DNA of 64,000 nucleotides, from NCBI GenBank assembly GCA_029855935.1, contig JAGSHN010000016.1:169527-233526 (forward strand), in the 5' to 3' direction. Origin of the DNA: Candidatus Thorarchaeota archaeon (lineage in GTDB: Archaea > Asgardarchaeota > Thorarchaeia > Thorarchaeales > Thorarchaeaceae). A program made the translations under genes and the position numbers. The notes below the pieces were generated by a model. It did no database searches. It was not told the DNA's origin and saw only the letters and a program-made list of their open reading frames with translations. This document shows, in pieces, positions 20,080 through 31,639 of this stretch. Within the stretch, counting starts at the first letter, position 1. Each line of letters starts with the position of its first letter.

Positions 20080-20837
20080 TGCCCGACGAGGTCATCAGGA
20101 CGGAGAGGCTGACAAAGGTCTTTGAGAAGGGGCGCAGGCGCGAGGTCGTGGCGCTCGATCAGGTGAACCTCACCGTGCAGCGTGGAGAGGTCTTTGGGCT
20201 GCTCGGGCCCAACGGAGCTGGGAAGACGACACTGATTCGGATCCTTGTCGGTCTGCTCACACCGACGTCGGGGCGGGCATTCGTCCTGGGGCGAGATGTC
20301 ACAACGGACATTGACTATATCCGTCAGAGGGTGGCACTCCTTCCGCAGGAGGCAGGCATATACGAGAGGCTCACCGCTCGTGAGAACCTGATCTACTACG
20401 GCGGACTGTACGGTATTCCCGAGGAGGAACTGAACAGGAGGGCCGACCGGCTTCTTGAGATGGTCGGTCTGCGAGAGAGGGAGGACCATCAGGTCAAGGC
20501 GTTCAGCGGCGGGATGAAGCGCAAGGTGCTCGTGGCACGGGCGCTGATCATCGAGCCGGAACTGGTCTTTCTCGACGAGCCGACGACCGGTGTGGACACG
20601 CTCGGCGCAAGGGTCGTACGGAACATGCTCAAGAGGCTGAGCTCGGAGGAGAACCGGACAATCGTACTGACCACGCACGACCTGCACGAGGTGTCGGAAC
20701 TGTGCTACCGCGTGGGGATCTTGAACGAGGGGAGGCTCGTTGCTGTGGGCCGACCAGATGAGCTCGAGGAGAAGTTCAGGGCGGCGAACTTGGAGGAGGT
20801 GTTCACGAGTCTTGTCACAGGTGAGGGACTTCAATGA
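20076..20837 (+). CDS. ABC-2 type transporter ATP-binding protein
   Basis: GPNGAGKTT, FSGGMKRK, FLDEPTTG, TTH. Confidence 0.93.
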   Translation: MMPDEVIRTERLTKVFEKGRRREVVALDQVNLTVQRGEVFGLLGPNGAGKTTLIRILVGLLTPTSGRAFVLGRDVTTDIDYIRQRVALLPQEAGIYERLTARENLIYYGGLYGIPEEELNRRADRLLEMVGLREREDHQVKAFSGGMKRKVLVARALIIEPELVFLDEPTTGVDTLGARVVRNMLKRLSSEENRTIVLTTHDLHEVSELCYRVGILNEGRLVAVGRPDELEEKFRAANLEEVFTSLVTGEGLQ

Positions 20838-20888
20838 CTCTTGTCACGACGAGTCATAGACAGACGACCGAAACAGCCTCGCGACCAG

Positions 20889-21857
20889 CTATGTCATTTC
20901 CTGTCCGCGGCATCTTGAAACGCTGGATATCCCCATCAAATGCTGCCTGAGTTCCTCAATGCCGTCCTCAACCGAGTATTCGAACTTGAATCCAAGCCGG
21001 ACAAGTTTCTCTGAAGAGATGGCATAGCTTGATCTATCTGGACTGGGAGATGGCGAAACCTCAACTCTCACATCGGGGAAGAATCGCTTGACTCGTTCCA
21101 CCACTTGGTTCATTGTGAGATTCTCTGCGGCAACATTGTAGACATCTCCATCGGTTCCGCGATGAGAGGATGCGAATAGGTAGGCCTTCATTACATCTCT
21201 TATCTCAACGTAGGGCCGCATCTCCTCTAGTGAGGTTTCCCACACAGTGAGTGGGTGGCCTACAGACGCGTAGACGGTGAATCTGTTGACAACAGTATCG
21301 AAACGCATGCCAACTGACCAGCCCGCAACGGTGCCAAGACGAAGCCCTGTCCAGCGAAATCCGTTCTCTTGTGACCTCTTCCACATCTCCTGTTCAGCCA
21401 TCAGCTTGTACTTTCCATAGGGGCTAATGGGAGAACACTCGAATGTTTCATCGACGATGCCGGGGGTCCGGCCATAGACCGAGGCTGTCGACGTATAGAT
21501 CATCTTCTCGACAATTCCGTCGGCAGCAGCCTCGAAGACATTCAGAGCTCCTTGGTAGTTTGTTTCATAGGTCAGCTGTTCCCTCTCAAAAGATAGTGGA
21601 GCATTTGTGATATCTGACAATGCAAAGACAACGGTCACATCCCGCATTGCTTCCTTTACGTGTTCTCGGTTCCGGACATCGCCAAGGAACATCTCATATC
21701 TGCATTCAGTGGGCAAGTCAAACAAAGACACGTACCTGTCGCGAAACATATTGTCAAATAGTCGTATTGTTTCACCTTCGAATCTCTTGTGTATTGGCAA
21801 CTCGCGGACCAAACGTGACCCGAGATACCCACAGCCTCCAGTCACTAGGATGACCAT
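20889..21857 (-). CDS. NAD-dependent nucleotide-sugar epimerase/dehydratase (extended SDR)
   Basis: TGGCGYLG, YGKYK, LRLGTV...MRFDTVVN. Confidence 0.88.
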   Translation of the reverse strand: MVILVTGGCGYLGSRLVRELPIHKRFEGETIRLFDNMFRDRYVSLFDLPTECRYEMFLGDVRNREHVKEAMRDVTVVFALSDITNAPLSFEREQLTYETNYQGALNVFEAAADGIVEKMIYTSTASVYGRTPGIVDETFECSPISPYGKYKLMAEQEMWKRSQENGFRWTGLRLGTVAGWSVGMRFDTVVNRFTVYASVGHPLTVWETSLEEMRPYVEIRDVMKAYLFASSHRGTDGDVYNVAAENLTMNQVVERVKRFFPDVRVEVSPSPSPDRSSYAISSEKLVRLGFKFEYSVEDGIEELRQHLMGISSVSRCRGQEMT

Positions 21858-22250
21858 GTCGGATTACACTCCTATGCTTCTCTTTCGCACCCGCCACGCA
21901 ATAGCTCTCATATCGCCATATTAGTACATCTCGCACTATTGTCGGCTGCTGACCGCAGAGCACAGTCAAGCGGGTGTTGAGGGACGGATGTTGACATACA
22001 ATCATCAAGAGCCTTCTCGCGAGTTCTATCTCTGGCGTGCTAGAGATGTCGTTTGCAAATGAGCTGGGCTCACGAATGGCGACAAATAGTGTACGACATC
22101 GCTGATGATAGAAATGGGCTTCTTCAGATGCGAAGCGGCCAAACTCTCCCGAGTGCGCTAGATGACGGTTCCGCCGTTGGGCCCTCCGTTGGAGAACAGT
22201 TAGAAGAGGCTCAGCGAAGGCCTCCGCACCCCTTCCCCGATGGCAGAGAT

Positions 22251-23406
22251 GTGCGCATAGCAGTGTTGTACACACATCTTGTGCATTGGATGGGTGGAAC
22301 ACGCCATCTGTTCGAGGTGGCTAGGGGTCTGAGTGGCAAGCGCTCCCAATCTATTTGTTGAGAAAATCGGAAAGGCTCAAGACGTGTTCTCGTGGTTCAT
22401 ATTCCGGAGACAATTGGCATCTCATTTTGCAGCGCCAGGTACTGGGCATTGTTCCCATATTACCTACGCAAGAACGTGAAGGTCATCAAAGAAACGAGTA
22501 GCGACGTTGGCATATACTTGGCATCTTTCATCCCCACAAATTGGGTCGCGTCAACGATTTCAAAGCAGTTTCCAAACGTCTGTTCCGAGATTTCCGTTTC
22601 GTTTCATGATTCCGTTTCTCTACGGAGCCTGTCCTGGGTGAGGAAGACTCTCATCGGACTTGCCGGGATTCCTTTCAGAAAGTATGACATTCCCGGTACA
22701 ATAGCGTGTAAGAAAGTGCCTACACTGAGTAACTTCACAGCCGCTCAGAAAGATTTGCGGCGTTGACCCGGCTGTAGTTAGACAAGGGGTGGATATTGAC
22801 CTCTGAATGAGAAATAGCCCCTCTCCTATAAGAGATACAAGGACTTCAAAATTGTTCTACGTTCAACAAACTACAGATACACGAAACAAACCGACGTTCT
22901 TGCCAACGCTCCTCCCGAGGTCAAGACAGTAATCCCCAAGTGCTGGGCTGCTCGTCTTGGGCAGCCGTGAAGTGGCGCCAGCTAGAGCTCAGATTGTTTC
23001 ACCAGCCGAACAATTGGTTGTTCTTGGCAATATCGAGTTCCTACCATTCATCGTTGATGCGATGCTTCCGTACTACTACTCACTGGCACACATCGTGGTT
23101 CAACCATCACTTCACGAGGCAGCCAGCCTGCCAACAAAGGAAGCAATGGCTTGCGAAACTCCCGTGATCGACTGTTATGGCGACGGAAGCGAAGATGACA
23201 TTGGCAATAGGGGGTGCGGACTCAGAGTTCCACATGGCGCTGTCGAAGCGCTCTCTGATTCTATTGTTCGCATTCCGGAAGACGAGGGAGCGGCAAGGAG
23301 GATGGGCAGAATTGGTCGAGAGAGAGTCCTCAGGCTCTTCACTTGGGACAAGGTAGCCGATTCAATCTATGCTTCAATACAGACGGTTCTTAATGACGCC
23401 ACATAG
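22251..23406 (+). pseudogene. Fragmented GT4 glycosyltransferase
   Basis: Pieces in several frames: VRIAVLYTHLVHWMGGTRHLFEVA (stop 22361), middle fragment 22392-22766, C-terminal PSLHE...EAMACETPVI...FTWDKVA. Confidence 0.75.
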
Positions 23407-23546
23407 GAAACAGACTTGTGAATGCTTGTCCGTACCATATCAAATTGCCATTTTGGATCCTCATTCCAGTATTCGACCGCAACATTATTCTATCGTTTCA
23501 AAAGGGACTCCTCTGCTACGGTAACTCCTAATGGGCGGTTCACTCA

Positions 23547-24779
23547 ATGAGAATACTTGTCGTCCAAGATGCCGATTGGGGTGCCAAAGGACCTCATCAA
23601 CAACATCATCTCTTCGAAAGATTACAGATTATGGGGCACCACATTCGAATAATTGACTATGAAACATTCTGGAAACGAAACTTGACCGGGGGTATCCTGG
23701 CAAGACGGAAGGAATACTATGCCTCTGGAAAGGTTGTGTCGACCTCTCGTCTATTGGTAGTTCGACCCACAATGCTGAGAATCCCGTTACTTTGCTACTT
23801 GACTACTCTACTGTTCAATTATTTTGAAATTCGAAAGCAGATATCTGAGTTCCGGCCAGACGTGATTGTCGGCTGGGGGCTTCTGAGTTCATTAGTATCC
23901 TTGAGGGTTGCAAAGGAGTATGGAATACCCTTCGTATTCTACGTGATAGATAGCCTACATTCGCTGATCCCAGAAAGGCTATTTCGAGGTGTTGGACTGT
24001 TTATTGAGAGGTATCTAGCGAGCCACGCTGACAAGGTTTTTGTCATTAGCAAGTACCTCGCGGAGTATGTTCACCGCCTCGGCACGCCAAAGGACAGAAT
24101 ACATGTTCTGAGTGCGGGTGTTGACTTCAATCGTTTCAATCCTCAGATAGACGGGAAGGCTATTAGATCAAGATATGGCATTCGAAACGACGACATCGTC
24201 CTCTTCTTTATGGGTAATATGTTTCCCTTTAGTGGGCTAAAGGAACTTGCGGAAGAGCTGATTGAAAGATCTGATGCTCCGAACGTGAAATTGCTGCTGC
24301 TGGGTCGGGGTGAGCTCTTCAGTGAATTGGAAGAGCTCGGGAAGAAGCCTAAAGCCAGAGGCAGAATTGTGTTGGTAGATTGGGTAGACTACGACGATGT
24401 TCCGATGTACGTGGCTGCTGCTGATCTCACGCTCTTGCCTGCCCAGGCTAACAAGACAATGCAATACGCCTTGCCAATCAAGACCTACGAGTATCTCGCC
24501 TGTGGAAAGCCGTTGATTACTACCAAATTGCCAGGAATGATCAAGGAGTTCGGGAGCAACAGCGGGGTTCTGTATGTCGATTCTGCTAGTGAGATAGTTG
24601 ACTTGGCAATAGAACTTCAATCGCACCCTGAAATCTTGCGTCAAATCTCCGAAAGCGCAGTTCAGTTTGTTAGGCCTCTGGATTGGTGCAAACTCACACG
24701 TCGATTTGAGCGTCTTCTGGAAAGAACCATCCGTGAGAATGAAACTAGGCCTCATAGCTCCTCGGAGATCTTTGGGTAG
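23547..24779 (+). CDS. Glycosyltransferase family 4
   Basis: GVDFNRF and ALPIKTYEYLACGKPLITT motifs. Confidence 0.9.
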   Translation: MRILVVQDADWGAKGPHQQHHLFERLQIMGHHIRIIDYETFWKRNLTGGILARRKEYYASGKVVSTSRLLVVRPTMLRIPLLCYLTTLLFNYFEIRKQISEFRPDVIVGWGLLSSLVSLRVAKEYGIPFVFYVIDSLHSLIPERLFRGVGLFIERYLASHADKVFVISKYLAEYVHRLGTPKDRIHVLSAGVDFNRFNPQIDGKAIRSRYGIRNDDIVLFFMGNMFPFSGLKELAEELIERSDAPNVKLLLLGRGELFSELEELGKKPKARGRIVLVDWVDYDDVPMYVAAADLTLLPAQANKTMQYALPIKTYEYLACGKPLITTKLPGMIKEFGSNSGVLYVDSASEIVDLAIELQSHPEILRQISESAVQFVRPLDWCKLTRRFERLLERTIRENETRPHSSSEIFG

Positions 24780-24882
24780 TTCGAGCATTGATTCTTTGTC
24801 AAGGCAGGATTACCAAAAGTGACAAATGTATCTATGAGCGGAATATAGTCGGTCGTGGAACGAAAGGAGGAGAACCGATACT

Positions 24883-26832
24883 ATGATTTCCGCCGTGTCA
24901 GCGATCACAGTGACCATACTCCTAGTTCTAATCAACCTGCCAAGTGGTTTTGTTTTCGTAAGGTTTCTCTTGGGTCGAGTACCAACTAGGTCCAATGTGC
25001 TCTCGTATGTCGTTCTGATGATTTGTGCCGGAATACCCGTAAACCTGATGTGTTGGTGGTGCATTGCCCAAATTTGGTTTTCAGTCTGGACCTTTTGGCT
25101 AGTGCCGTTGAGCGCTACAACTATTTCTGTATTGGCCACAAAATACTTGCAATCAGCAGCAAGGGGTCCCGAAACGAATTCTGGTCTTTTTTTCACGAAA
25201 GCAAACGTGTTCTTTTCAGCGATAGCACTCTTCGCATTTACCTTTTACACGGTTGTAGCCTTGTATCTTGGCTGGCCTCCCCCCGGGGATCCTTGGTATC
25301 ACGGTCGAATGGTGGAGACCATTGTTGTCCAACAAAGATACCCTGTAGACTATATGCCGTATTCCTCACATCTGATTCTGTATCCCCTAGGATTTCATTT
25401 GCTTGTCGCAGGGCTCAGGATGACAACTGGGTTCTATGTTGGAGAGGTTATGCTCATAGCGGCGTGCTTTGTGATGGCAACCATTTCAATCGGGATTGCA
25501 TGGGTAACGTACGCCCGCACCGAGTCACTTTGGTTGACGCTACTTGCTTTCGTTCTGGCGTTCTATATTCACCCTGTCTCTAGAGCGCATTTCTCAGCAG
25601 TCCAGTATTTCCTAAATGGCACATATCCAGTATTACTGGGGACGGAAATCTGCTTGGTTTCTTTCCTACTGTTATCGAGGCAGGGATTGGATAACTCACT
25701 TGCTGCTAATCTTAAGACTATGAGTGGCTTTGCCATGTTTGCACTAGTCTTGCTGTTTACGTACCCGCCTTTTGCTGTGGTTCAGGGTTTTTGTTTCCTA
25801 GTTGTTGTACTAAAGATGCCCAGAAAACAAGGTTCCAGAGTACTACGGAGGGGGAAGAAGCTTCTATCAGCTATCGTTTCTCTTCTACTAGTCGCTATTG
25901 GTGCATGTCTGACGGGTCAGTTTCCGTATCTCCAGTATTGGATTAGTAGTCGACACGTCTTCTATACCTATGCATTGTCACCGCTGTATCTCTTCAATGG
26001 AATTGTGTTGCCCATTCTCATCATCGGGGCATTTGGTAGTGCTCTGTGTTACTATTCCAACCGGCGTGACAGATTTGCCCTCGTTTCAATTGCCCTAACT
26101 GTTTCACTTCTTCTCTCTACTGTTCCTCCTCTTTTTGAGAGCTTCCTCTCATATCTTCTGCCCAATCGCCTCTCCCTAGTGGTGTCATTTGCATCCTACG
26201 TATTTGTTATGGAGTTCTTCAATTTGGCCTGCGAACGAATCACAACCCTTGTCAGCCAAAGGGGGGTTTCTGCCTGTCCTATTCACTGGCTTGAATCTCC
26301 CGGTCGCTTTCAGCTCTTGACATTCCTCATCATCGGAATTCTGATCTTTCCTTCAGTTTCAAGGGTACTCTTCTTCGATGCCCAGTTCCGTGCCAACTGG
26401 CTGAACCGCGATCCGAATGCACAGAATGACTTCAGGTGTATGGAATTCCTTGGTCAAGTCCACGATGATACGCATCTTGTTCTCAACTATATGTCCTACA
26501 CCGACTATTTTCTTCCTTCCTTCGGCATTCTCAACACAACATATGGTCTTGCGATGGATAGATATCGGGCGGAAGTACTGAGAGCAATATGGGATCATCC
26601 CGAAAACGAAACTGCTATGCGTGAGCTGCTGGCGACGTATGGCGTTCGGTACATACTGGTCACCTCCTTTTGGGCGATTCTTGACTTTCTAGGGAACGGA
26701 ACCGTAAGAAGCAGGGCAATAGATGCTGTTACGTATCAGCAGTACTGGGACAACTACAGCTTCCTCCACAAAGTGTTCGCGGCTGGTAATTCGTGTGTCT
26801 ATGAGGTGAAAGCTAGTCAACTGCCCTCCTGA
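24883..26832 (+). CDS. Polytopic membrane protein, probable GT-C fold
   Basis: GDPWYH first-loop motif, YPLGFH, many TM segments, C-terminal LLATYGVRYIL soluble domain. Confidence 0.65.
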   Translation: MISAVSAITVTILLVLINLPSGFVFVRFLLGRVPTRSNVLSYVVLMICAGIPVNLMCWWCIAQIWFSVWTFWLVPLSATTISVLATKYLQSAARGPETNSGLFFTKANVFFSAIALFAFTFYTVVALYLGWPPPGDPWYHGRMVETIVVQQRYPVDYMPYSSHLILYPLGFHLLVAGLRMTTGFYVGEVMLIAACFVMATISIGIAWVTYARTESLWLTLLAFVLAFYIHPVSRAHFSAVQYFLNGTYPVLLGTEICLVSFLLLSRQGLDNSLAANLKTMSGFAMFALVLLFTYPPFAVVQGFCFLVVVLKMPRKQGSRVLRRGKKLLSAIVSLLLVAIGACLTGQFPYLQYWISSRHVFYTYALSPLYLFNGIVLPILIIGAFGSALCYYSNRRDRFALVSIALTVSLLLSTVPPLFESFLSYLLPNRLSLVVSFASYVFVMEFFNLACERITTLVSQRGVSACPIHWLESPGRFQLLTFLIIGILIFPSVSRVLFFDAQFRANWLNRDPNAQNDFRCMEFLGQVHDDTHLVLNYMSYTDYFLPSFGILNTTYGLAMDRYRAEVLRAIWDHPENETAMRELLATYGVRYILVTSFWAILDFLGNGTVRSRAIDAVTYQQYWDNYSFLHKVFAAGNSCVYEVKASQLPS

Positions 26833-28456
26833 ACGTACTTTGGAAACTACTTCTATGTTTCTCCCATACATAGGCAATCCTCTCCATAGTACGTATGACA
26901 AAGGAGGCAAATGGGATGAAGGAGAGGTGATGTTTCAATACTCTTGCGTCTGCTGGCGTGATGCTGCCACTGACAATATGTACGATGAACAGCGTTAGGA
27001 TCAGAAGGACTCCGGTTATGCTCCAAGAAAGTAACGGTCCCGCCGGGGCAGAAACCCAGAGGATTATGAATCCAATGGCGAAAGAAGCAAACAGCGAAGC
27101 AGTCATAGTGATGCTCTTTCTTGCATCTAGTTGAATTCCCATCTCTCGCTTGAGCACAACGGCAAATCCTACAGTGAGGCAGATCTGTGAAAACACGCTT
27201 GCAAAGGCCATCCCGTAGTAGCCATAGAGGGGAATGGCGACTAAGGAGAAGGGCAAGACTAGCAGAGCGACAAGCATATTCACCTTGGAATATGAGTTTA
27301 CCCTTGATTGTCCAAGCAAGAGGGGCCCACTGCAGAGGCTTCCCCAAGGTATCAACAGAGATTGACTCAGACTTAGGAGCGCAAGGACACCCCCACTGGG
27401 AAGATACTCCGGTGTGTAGAGAAGTGCCACTAGGGGAACCGAAAATACTGCAGCGAACACGCTGAAGCCGCCGCTCAAGTAGGTAGATATTTGAATCCCC
27501 TCAATGTAGACCCTTCTGAGGTCAGAGCCTTTCGGACTGAATGCCGTGAACTTCGAGAGAAATGTGAAGATCACGGGGATGAATATTCCGCTCAGGTTCA
27601 ATGCCAAGTTGCTCGCGGCCGAATACAGTCCAAATTCGTATGTGGTAAGGGCAAGTGCACCAACAATAAGCAGTACTTGGTTCACAATATTGGCCGTTAC
27701 GAGCGACACCCCAATTGGAGCTCCATACTCTATGAGCATACGTAAACGGGTCTTGAAGGGAATCATTGGAGATGCATTCTCACGCCTAGAACCAAACCGG
27801 ACGACAAGTGGGACAGAAATCGCAGCGGTGAGGAGTGCTGATCCGCTATATCCTATCATTGCACCCTGCGCGCCATAACCCAGTAACACGAAGGCAACGC
27901 TCAGACCTACCTTTGCTAGGGCACTTCCGACTTGAATCATCCCTGCAGTCTTTGCTTTGTCTTGACCCACGTACAAATGATAGGCGACCTTTGATAGTCC
28001 CGAGGACGCTATCAAGGGGACAGACGCTACAACGACTGGCGCAAGCTGGGGAATTCCTACAGTTTCTCCGATAGCATATGAAAACAAGTATAGCAGCCAG
28101 CCAACAACCAGGCCTGTACAGGTTTCCCAGACTAGTGCAACGGTACCGATTGTGTCCGGTGGCATCCTAGTGCCCATTTTCTCTGCGGACGTATAATACT
28201 GCACGGAGATTGGCACACCGAGGTCACGTAGCGGCGCCAAGATTGCGAAGGGGATTAGTGCCATATAGTATAGTCCATAGGCCGAAGGAAGCAATAGTCG
28301 GGCTAGGACTATAGCTCCCAATCCGAGGACTGCGAAGCTTAGTGCGCCGTATATGGTCAGATAAACTCCGGACTTCGCTCTTTGAACAGACAATTTCAGC
28401 ACCGTATTGATGGTGTTTGAGAGATGGCTACTAAAAGTAACCGATTTATGAGCCAA
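26813..28456 (-). CDS. Oligosaccharide flippase (Wzx/MOP family)
   Basis: IVLARLLLPSAYGLY, FGLYSAA; many TM segments. Confidence 0.85.
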   Translation of the reverse strand: MAHKSVTFSSHLSNTINTVLKLSVQRAKSGVYLTIYGALSFAVLGLGAIVLARLLLPSAYGLYYMALIPFAILAPLRDLGVPISVQYYTSAEKMGTRMPPDTIGTVALVWETCTGLVVGWLLYLFSYAIGETVGIPQLAPVVVASVPLIASSGLSKVAYHLYVGQDKAKTAGMIQVGSALAKVGLSVAFVLLGYGAQGAMIGYSGSALLTAAISVPLVVRFGSRRENASPMIPFKTRLRMLIEYGAPIGVSLVTANIVNQVLLIVGALALTTYEFGLYSAASNLALNLSGIFIPVIFTFLSKFTAFSPKGSDLRRVYIEGIQISTYLSGGFSVFAAVFSVPLVALLYTPEYLPSGGVLALLSLSQSLLIPWGSLCSGPLLLGQSRVNSYSKVNMLVALLVLPFSLVAIPLYGYYGMAFASVFSQICLTVGFAVVLKREMGIQLDARKSITMTASLFASFAIGFIILWVSAPAGPLLSWSITGVLLILTLFIVHIVSGSITPADARVLKHHLSFIPFASFVIRTMERIAYVWEKHRSSFQSTFRRAVD

Positions 28457-28790
28457 ATTGTCCCCGTCAATTCAGAGTTCCCGTTCTAGTGCATTCGGTT
28501 GAGTCGGCATATGAGCGCACTACGTTTGCGCACGTGACAATCTGTCTGATGCCTATTGAAACTCGCTGCGTCTAGTTCTGTACTACATTTCCTCCTCTGA
28601 AACGTATCTAGCAAGCACTTCTCGTGAGGCTGTTTCAGATTGGGCCGAGGCTTTTGTTGGGGCCTCTACAAGATAATACGATACGAGCAAGTCGAAACGA
28701 ATGGACTTCGTCTAGCATTCACGTGCTGAAATATAGGCGGCACTGATAGACCCTGCGAGAGAAGTTACATTCCTCCAAAAGATATCCCTT

Positions 28791-29366
28791 TTGAAGCGAT
28801 TTGCATTGGATCCGTTCCGAAGTATCATCAGGAATATGACATACGTTGCCGGTTCCGGACTAAGGCTGATATACTATAGGAAACACTTTCGACGGATGGG
28901 TGACACCTGCATCATCGGTCCCTACGTAGTAATCGACCATCCGGAGCGCGTTTCTTTGGGCTTGTTTGTGATGATTGACTCCCTTACTAGAATCGAGGCG
29001 GGTCGTGGCGTCCACATCGGGGATTGTTGCCACATATGTTCGGGATGCGTTCTCAGCGGGGCGGGTAGCCTCTATATTGGCAACAATGTTGCCGTCTCAG
29101 CAGGCACAAAGGTCTAGAGTTCGAGTGAAACCTGGGGCGACGGCAAGAGGATAATCTCGTCCATGGTTCCCTTATGCGAACGTGCAGTCGTATACGAGCC
29201 AGTCCGCAACTATGCCCGGAGTCACCATCGGGGAAGGGCGGTGGTTGGCGCAGGTTCTGCGGTTCTGCACGATGTGCCTGATTGGAAGGTTGTGGTGGGT
29301 GCACCCGCGAAGGTTGTGAAGGAACGGCCGCGCACCAAACTTAATGACAAGGAGCGCGCGGTTTGA
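28791..29366 (+). pseudogene. Hexapeptide-repeat O-acetyltransferase pseudogene
   Basis: LbH repeats (VHIGDCCHI, IGNNVAVS, AVVGAGSAVLHDVP...GAPAK); in-frame TAG at 29115; MPGVTIGEG displaced into another frame. Confidence 0.78.
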
Positions 29367-29574
29367 CAACACACGGTGCCGGTAGAATGATAACGAGGGA
29401 ATAGCCGCGTCGTTTCCTGGTTGGTTCAAGAATTCATTGCGGTCTATGGGATTCTGCTTGTGCACGTAGATGTATCCAGATGCGAAGTATTTATACGGGG
29501 CTTGTCCCCGACGGGAGCGGCAGCTAGTAGGTACTCGTAGCAGACTGGAACAGGTGCTAGAACGAGGGTTAGGA

Positions 29575-30516
29575 ATGGAAGCAATGAGAATACTTGTGAC
29601 TGGCGGAGCAGGCTTTATTGGGACCAACCTAGTAAACGAATTGAGGAGAAGGGGGCACGAGGTGATTGCAGCCGATCTGTACAACACTGATAGGAACGGG
29701 TATGTCCGCGCCGATGTAAGAAACTACCGACAACTGGAAAGAGTGTTTGAGAGTCACGGGTTTGATTACGTCTATCACCTAGCGGCGGAGTATGGCCGCT
29801 GGAACGGGGAGGACTATTATGAGAACCTTTGGCAGACAAATGTCGTTGGTACAAAGCACTTGATACGGCTACAGGAAAAACTCGGGTTCAGATTGATATT
29901 CTTCAGCAGTGCGGAAGTGTATGGCGACTATGACGGAATAATGACCGAAGACGTAATGGAGAGAGTTCCAATAAGGCAAGTTTATCAGATGAACGATTAC
30001 GCCATCTCAAAGTGGGCAGGAGAGCTGATGTGCATAAACTCGGCAAGGATGTTTGGAACTGAAACGGTCCGAGTTCGGCCAGTAAATTGCTACGGTCCAC
30101 ACGAGCATTATACCCCCTATCGTGGGTTCATTCCGAAGTTTATCTATCACGCCCTTTTCAACAAACCATATGTAGTCTATATGGGTCATAGACGCATCAT
30201 TGACTATGTCGAGGACTCGTGCAGAACCTTTGCCAATATTGTTGACAATTTTGTGCCGGGCGAGGTCTACAACGTTGCTGGAAGACCAGAATGGGAGAAG
30301 GACATCAAAGAGTACTCGGACTTGGTACTTCGGGCAGTCGGGCGTGACGATTCGATAGTTTCTTATGAGGAGGCCGAACCCTTCACCACAAGAGTTAAAC
30401 ATGTGGACTGCTCGAAGGCAATCAAGGATTTGAAGCATGACCCACGTATCCCTCCAGAAGAGGGAATCAGGAGAACCGTGGCTTGGATGCGACAAGTATA
30501 CCAGATTGAGGATTGA
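29575..30516 (+). CDS. NAD-dependent nucleotide-sugar epimerase/dehydratase
   Basis: TGGAGFIG, YAISK, RPVNCYGP. Confidence 0.92.
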   Translation: MEAMRILVTGGAGFIGTNLVNELRRRGHEVIAADLYNTDRNGYVRADVRNYRQLERVFESHGFDYVYHLAAEYGRWNGEDYYENLWQTNVVGTKHLIRLQEKLGFRLIFFSSAEVYGDYDGIMTEDVMERVPIRQVYQMNDYAISKWAGELMCINSARMFGTETVRVRPVNCYGPHEHYTPYRGFIPKFIYHALFNKPYVVYMGHRRIIDYVEDSCRTFANIVDNFVPGEVYNVAGRPEWEKDIKEYSDLVLRAVGRDDSIVSYEEAEPFTTRVKHVDCSKAIKDLKHDPRIPPEEGIRRTVAWMRQVYQIED

Positions 30517-30519
30517 GAA

Positions 30520-31515
30520 ATGACCATCGAGAGCGAGTACGAAGACAAAGTCATCTTGGTGACGGGTGGTGCAGGTTGCATAGGTTCAAACCTGAGCAGA
30601 GCGCTTTCCGGGCTACAAGCAAGAAAAGTGATTATCCTTGACGATCTATCTAGTGCCTATGAGTGGAATATCCCTCGAGCAGACAATATCCTTTTTGTCA
30701 AGGGCAGTATTTTGGATGACGAGATGCTGAAGCGAGTATTTAAGGAAAGGCCTCATTATGTGTTTCATTTGGCTGCCCATTTTGCCAACCAAAACTCAGT
30801 GGACAATCCTGAAACCGACTTGCTAGTAAACGGGCTGGGAACACTTAAGGTCTTGGAATATTCCCATTTGGCAAAGGTGCAAAGGTTTGTCTATGCCTCG
30901 TCAGGGTGTGGGGTCTACGGTCTAGACTCGAAGCTTCCCTTCAAAGAGGATGATATCTCGATAAGCCTTCACACTCCATATCAAGTGACGAAGCTGCTCG
31001 GAGAGCTATACACAAACTATTTTCACAACCTGTATGGCTTGCCCATTGTCAATGCACGGTTCTTCAATGTCTTCGGACCCGGAGAAGTACCGGGAAGATA
31101 CAGAAACGTCATTCCCAACTTTTTCTATTGGGCCATGCACAAGCGCCCCCTGCCAATAACTGGAGATGGTACTGAAACGCGGGATTGGACCTACGTCGGA
31201 GACATCGTATCTGGACTTTTGGCGATGGGGGTCAGGGAGGAGGCAGTCGGAGAGGCCATTAATCTTGGATCGGGCAAGGAACACAAGGTGATTGAGTTGG
31301 CGGAAACCGTGAACTCTCTGACTGGAAACGACAGCGGGGTCGTGTATGTGGGCCGAAGAGATTGGGATGTCAAGAAAAGGCTTTTGTCATCTATTGAAAA
31401 GGCCAAGAAACTTATCGGCTATCAACCCAAGGTGGACTTCAAGGATGGACTAGCGAAGGTGCACGAGTGGTTTGTTGACAATTGGGAAAGAATCGAGTCT
31501 GATGCAGAGTTCTGA
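30520..31515 (+). CDS. NAD-dependent nucleotide-sugar epimerase/dehydratase
   Basis: TGGAGCIG, YQVTK, RFFNVFGPGE. Confidence 0.92.
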   Translation: MTIESEYEDKVILVTGGAGCIGSNLSRALSGLQARKVIILDDLSSAYEWNIPRADNILFVKGSILDDEMLKRVFKERPHYVFHLAAHFANQNSVDNPETDLLVNGLGTLKVLEYSHLAKVQRFVYASSGCGVYGLDSKLPFKEDDISISLHTPYQVTKLLGELYTNYFHNLYGLPIVNARFFNVFGPGEVPGRYRNVIPNFFYWAMHKRPLPITGDGTETRDWTYVGDIVSGLLAMGVREEAVGEAINLGSGKEHKVIELAETVNSLTGNDSGVVYVGRRDWDVKKRLLSSIEKAKKLIGYQPKVDFKDGLAKVHEWFVDNWERIESDAEF

Positions 31516-31639
31516 TTGGTCAGGGTTCACAACTGTACCTTGTGAAATGAGTTACGTTTTGAGTGCTTCGTAGAAGCCGTAGTAGACGGCACCCGTGTCA
31601 GAAGCCAATAGAGTTCTTTCCGAACTGGGAAGACTGCTG

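Noticed and set aside
19812-20834. Long antisense ORFs such as this 340-aa one, also 36168-36989 and 2724-3614
   Set aside because: Shadow frames of well-supported genes in GC-rich DNA, with no motifs
29115-29117. In-frame TAG in the acetyltransferase as possible pyrrolysine readthrough
   Set aside because: The position corresponds to a likely Tyr codon, and the downstream part also has a deletion and a frameshifted MPGVTIGEG segment, so decay is simpler
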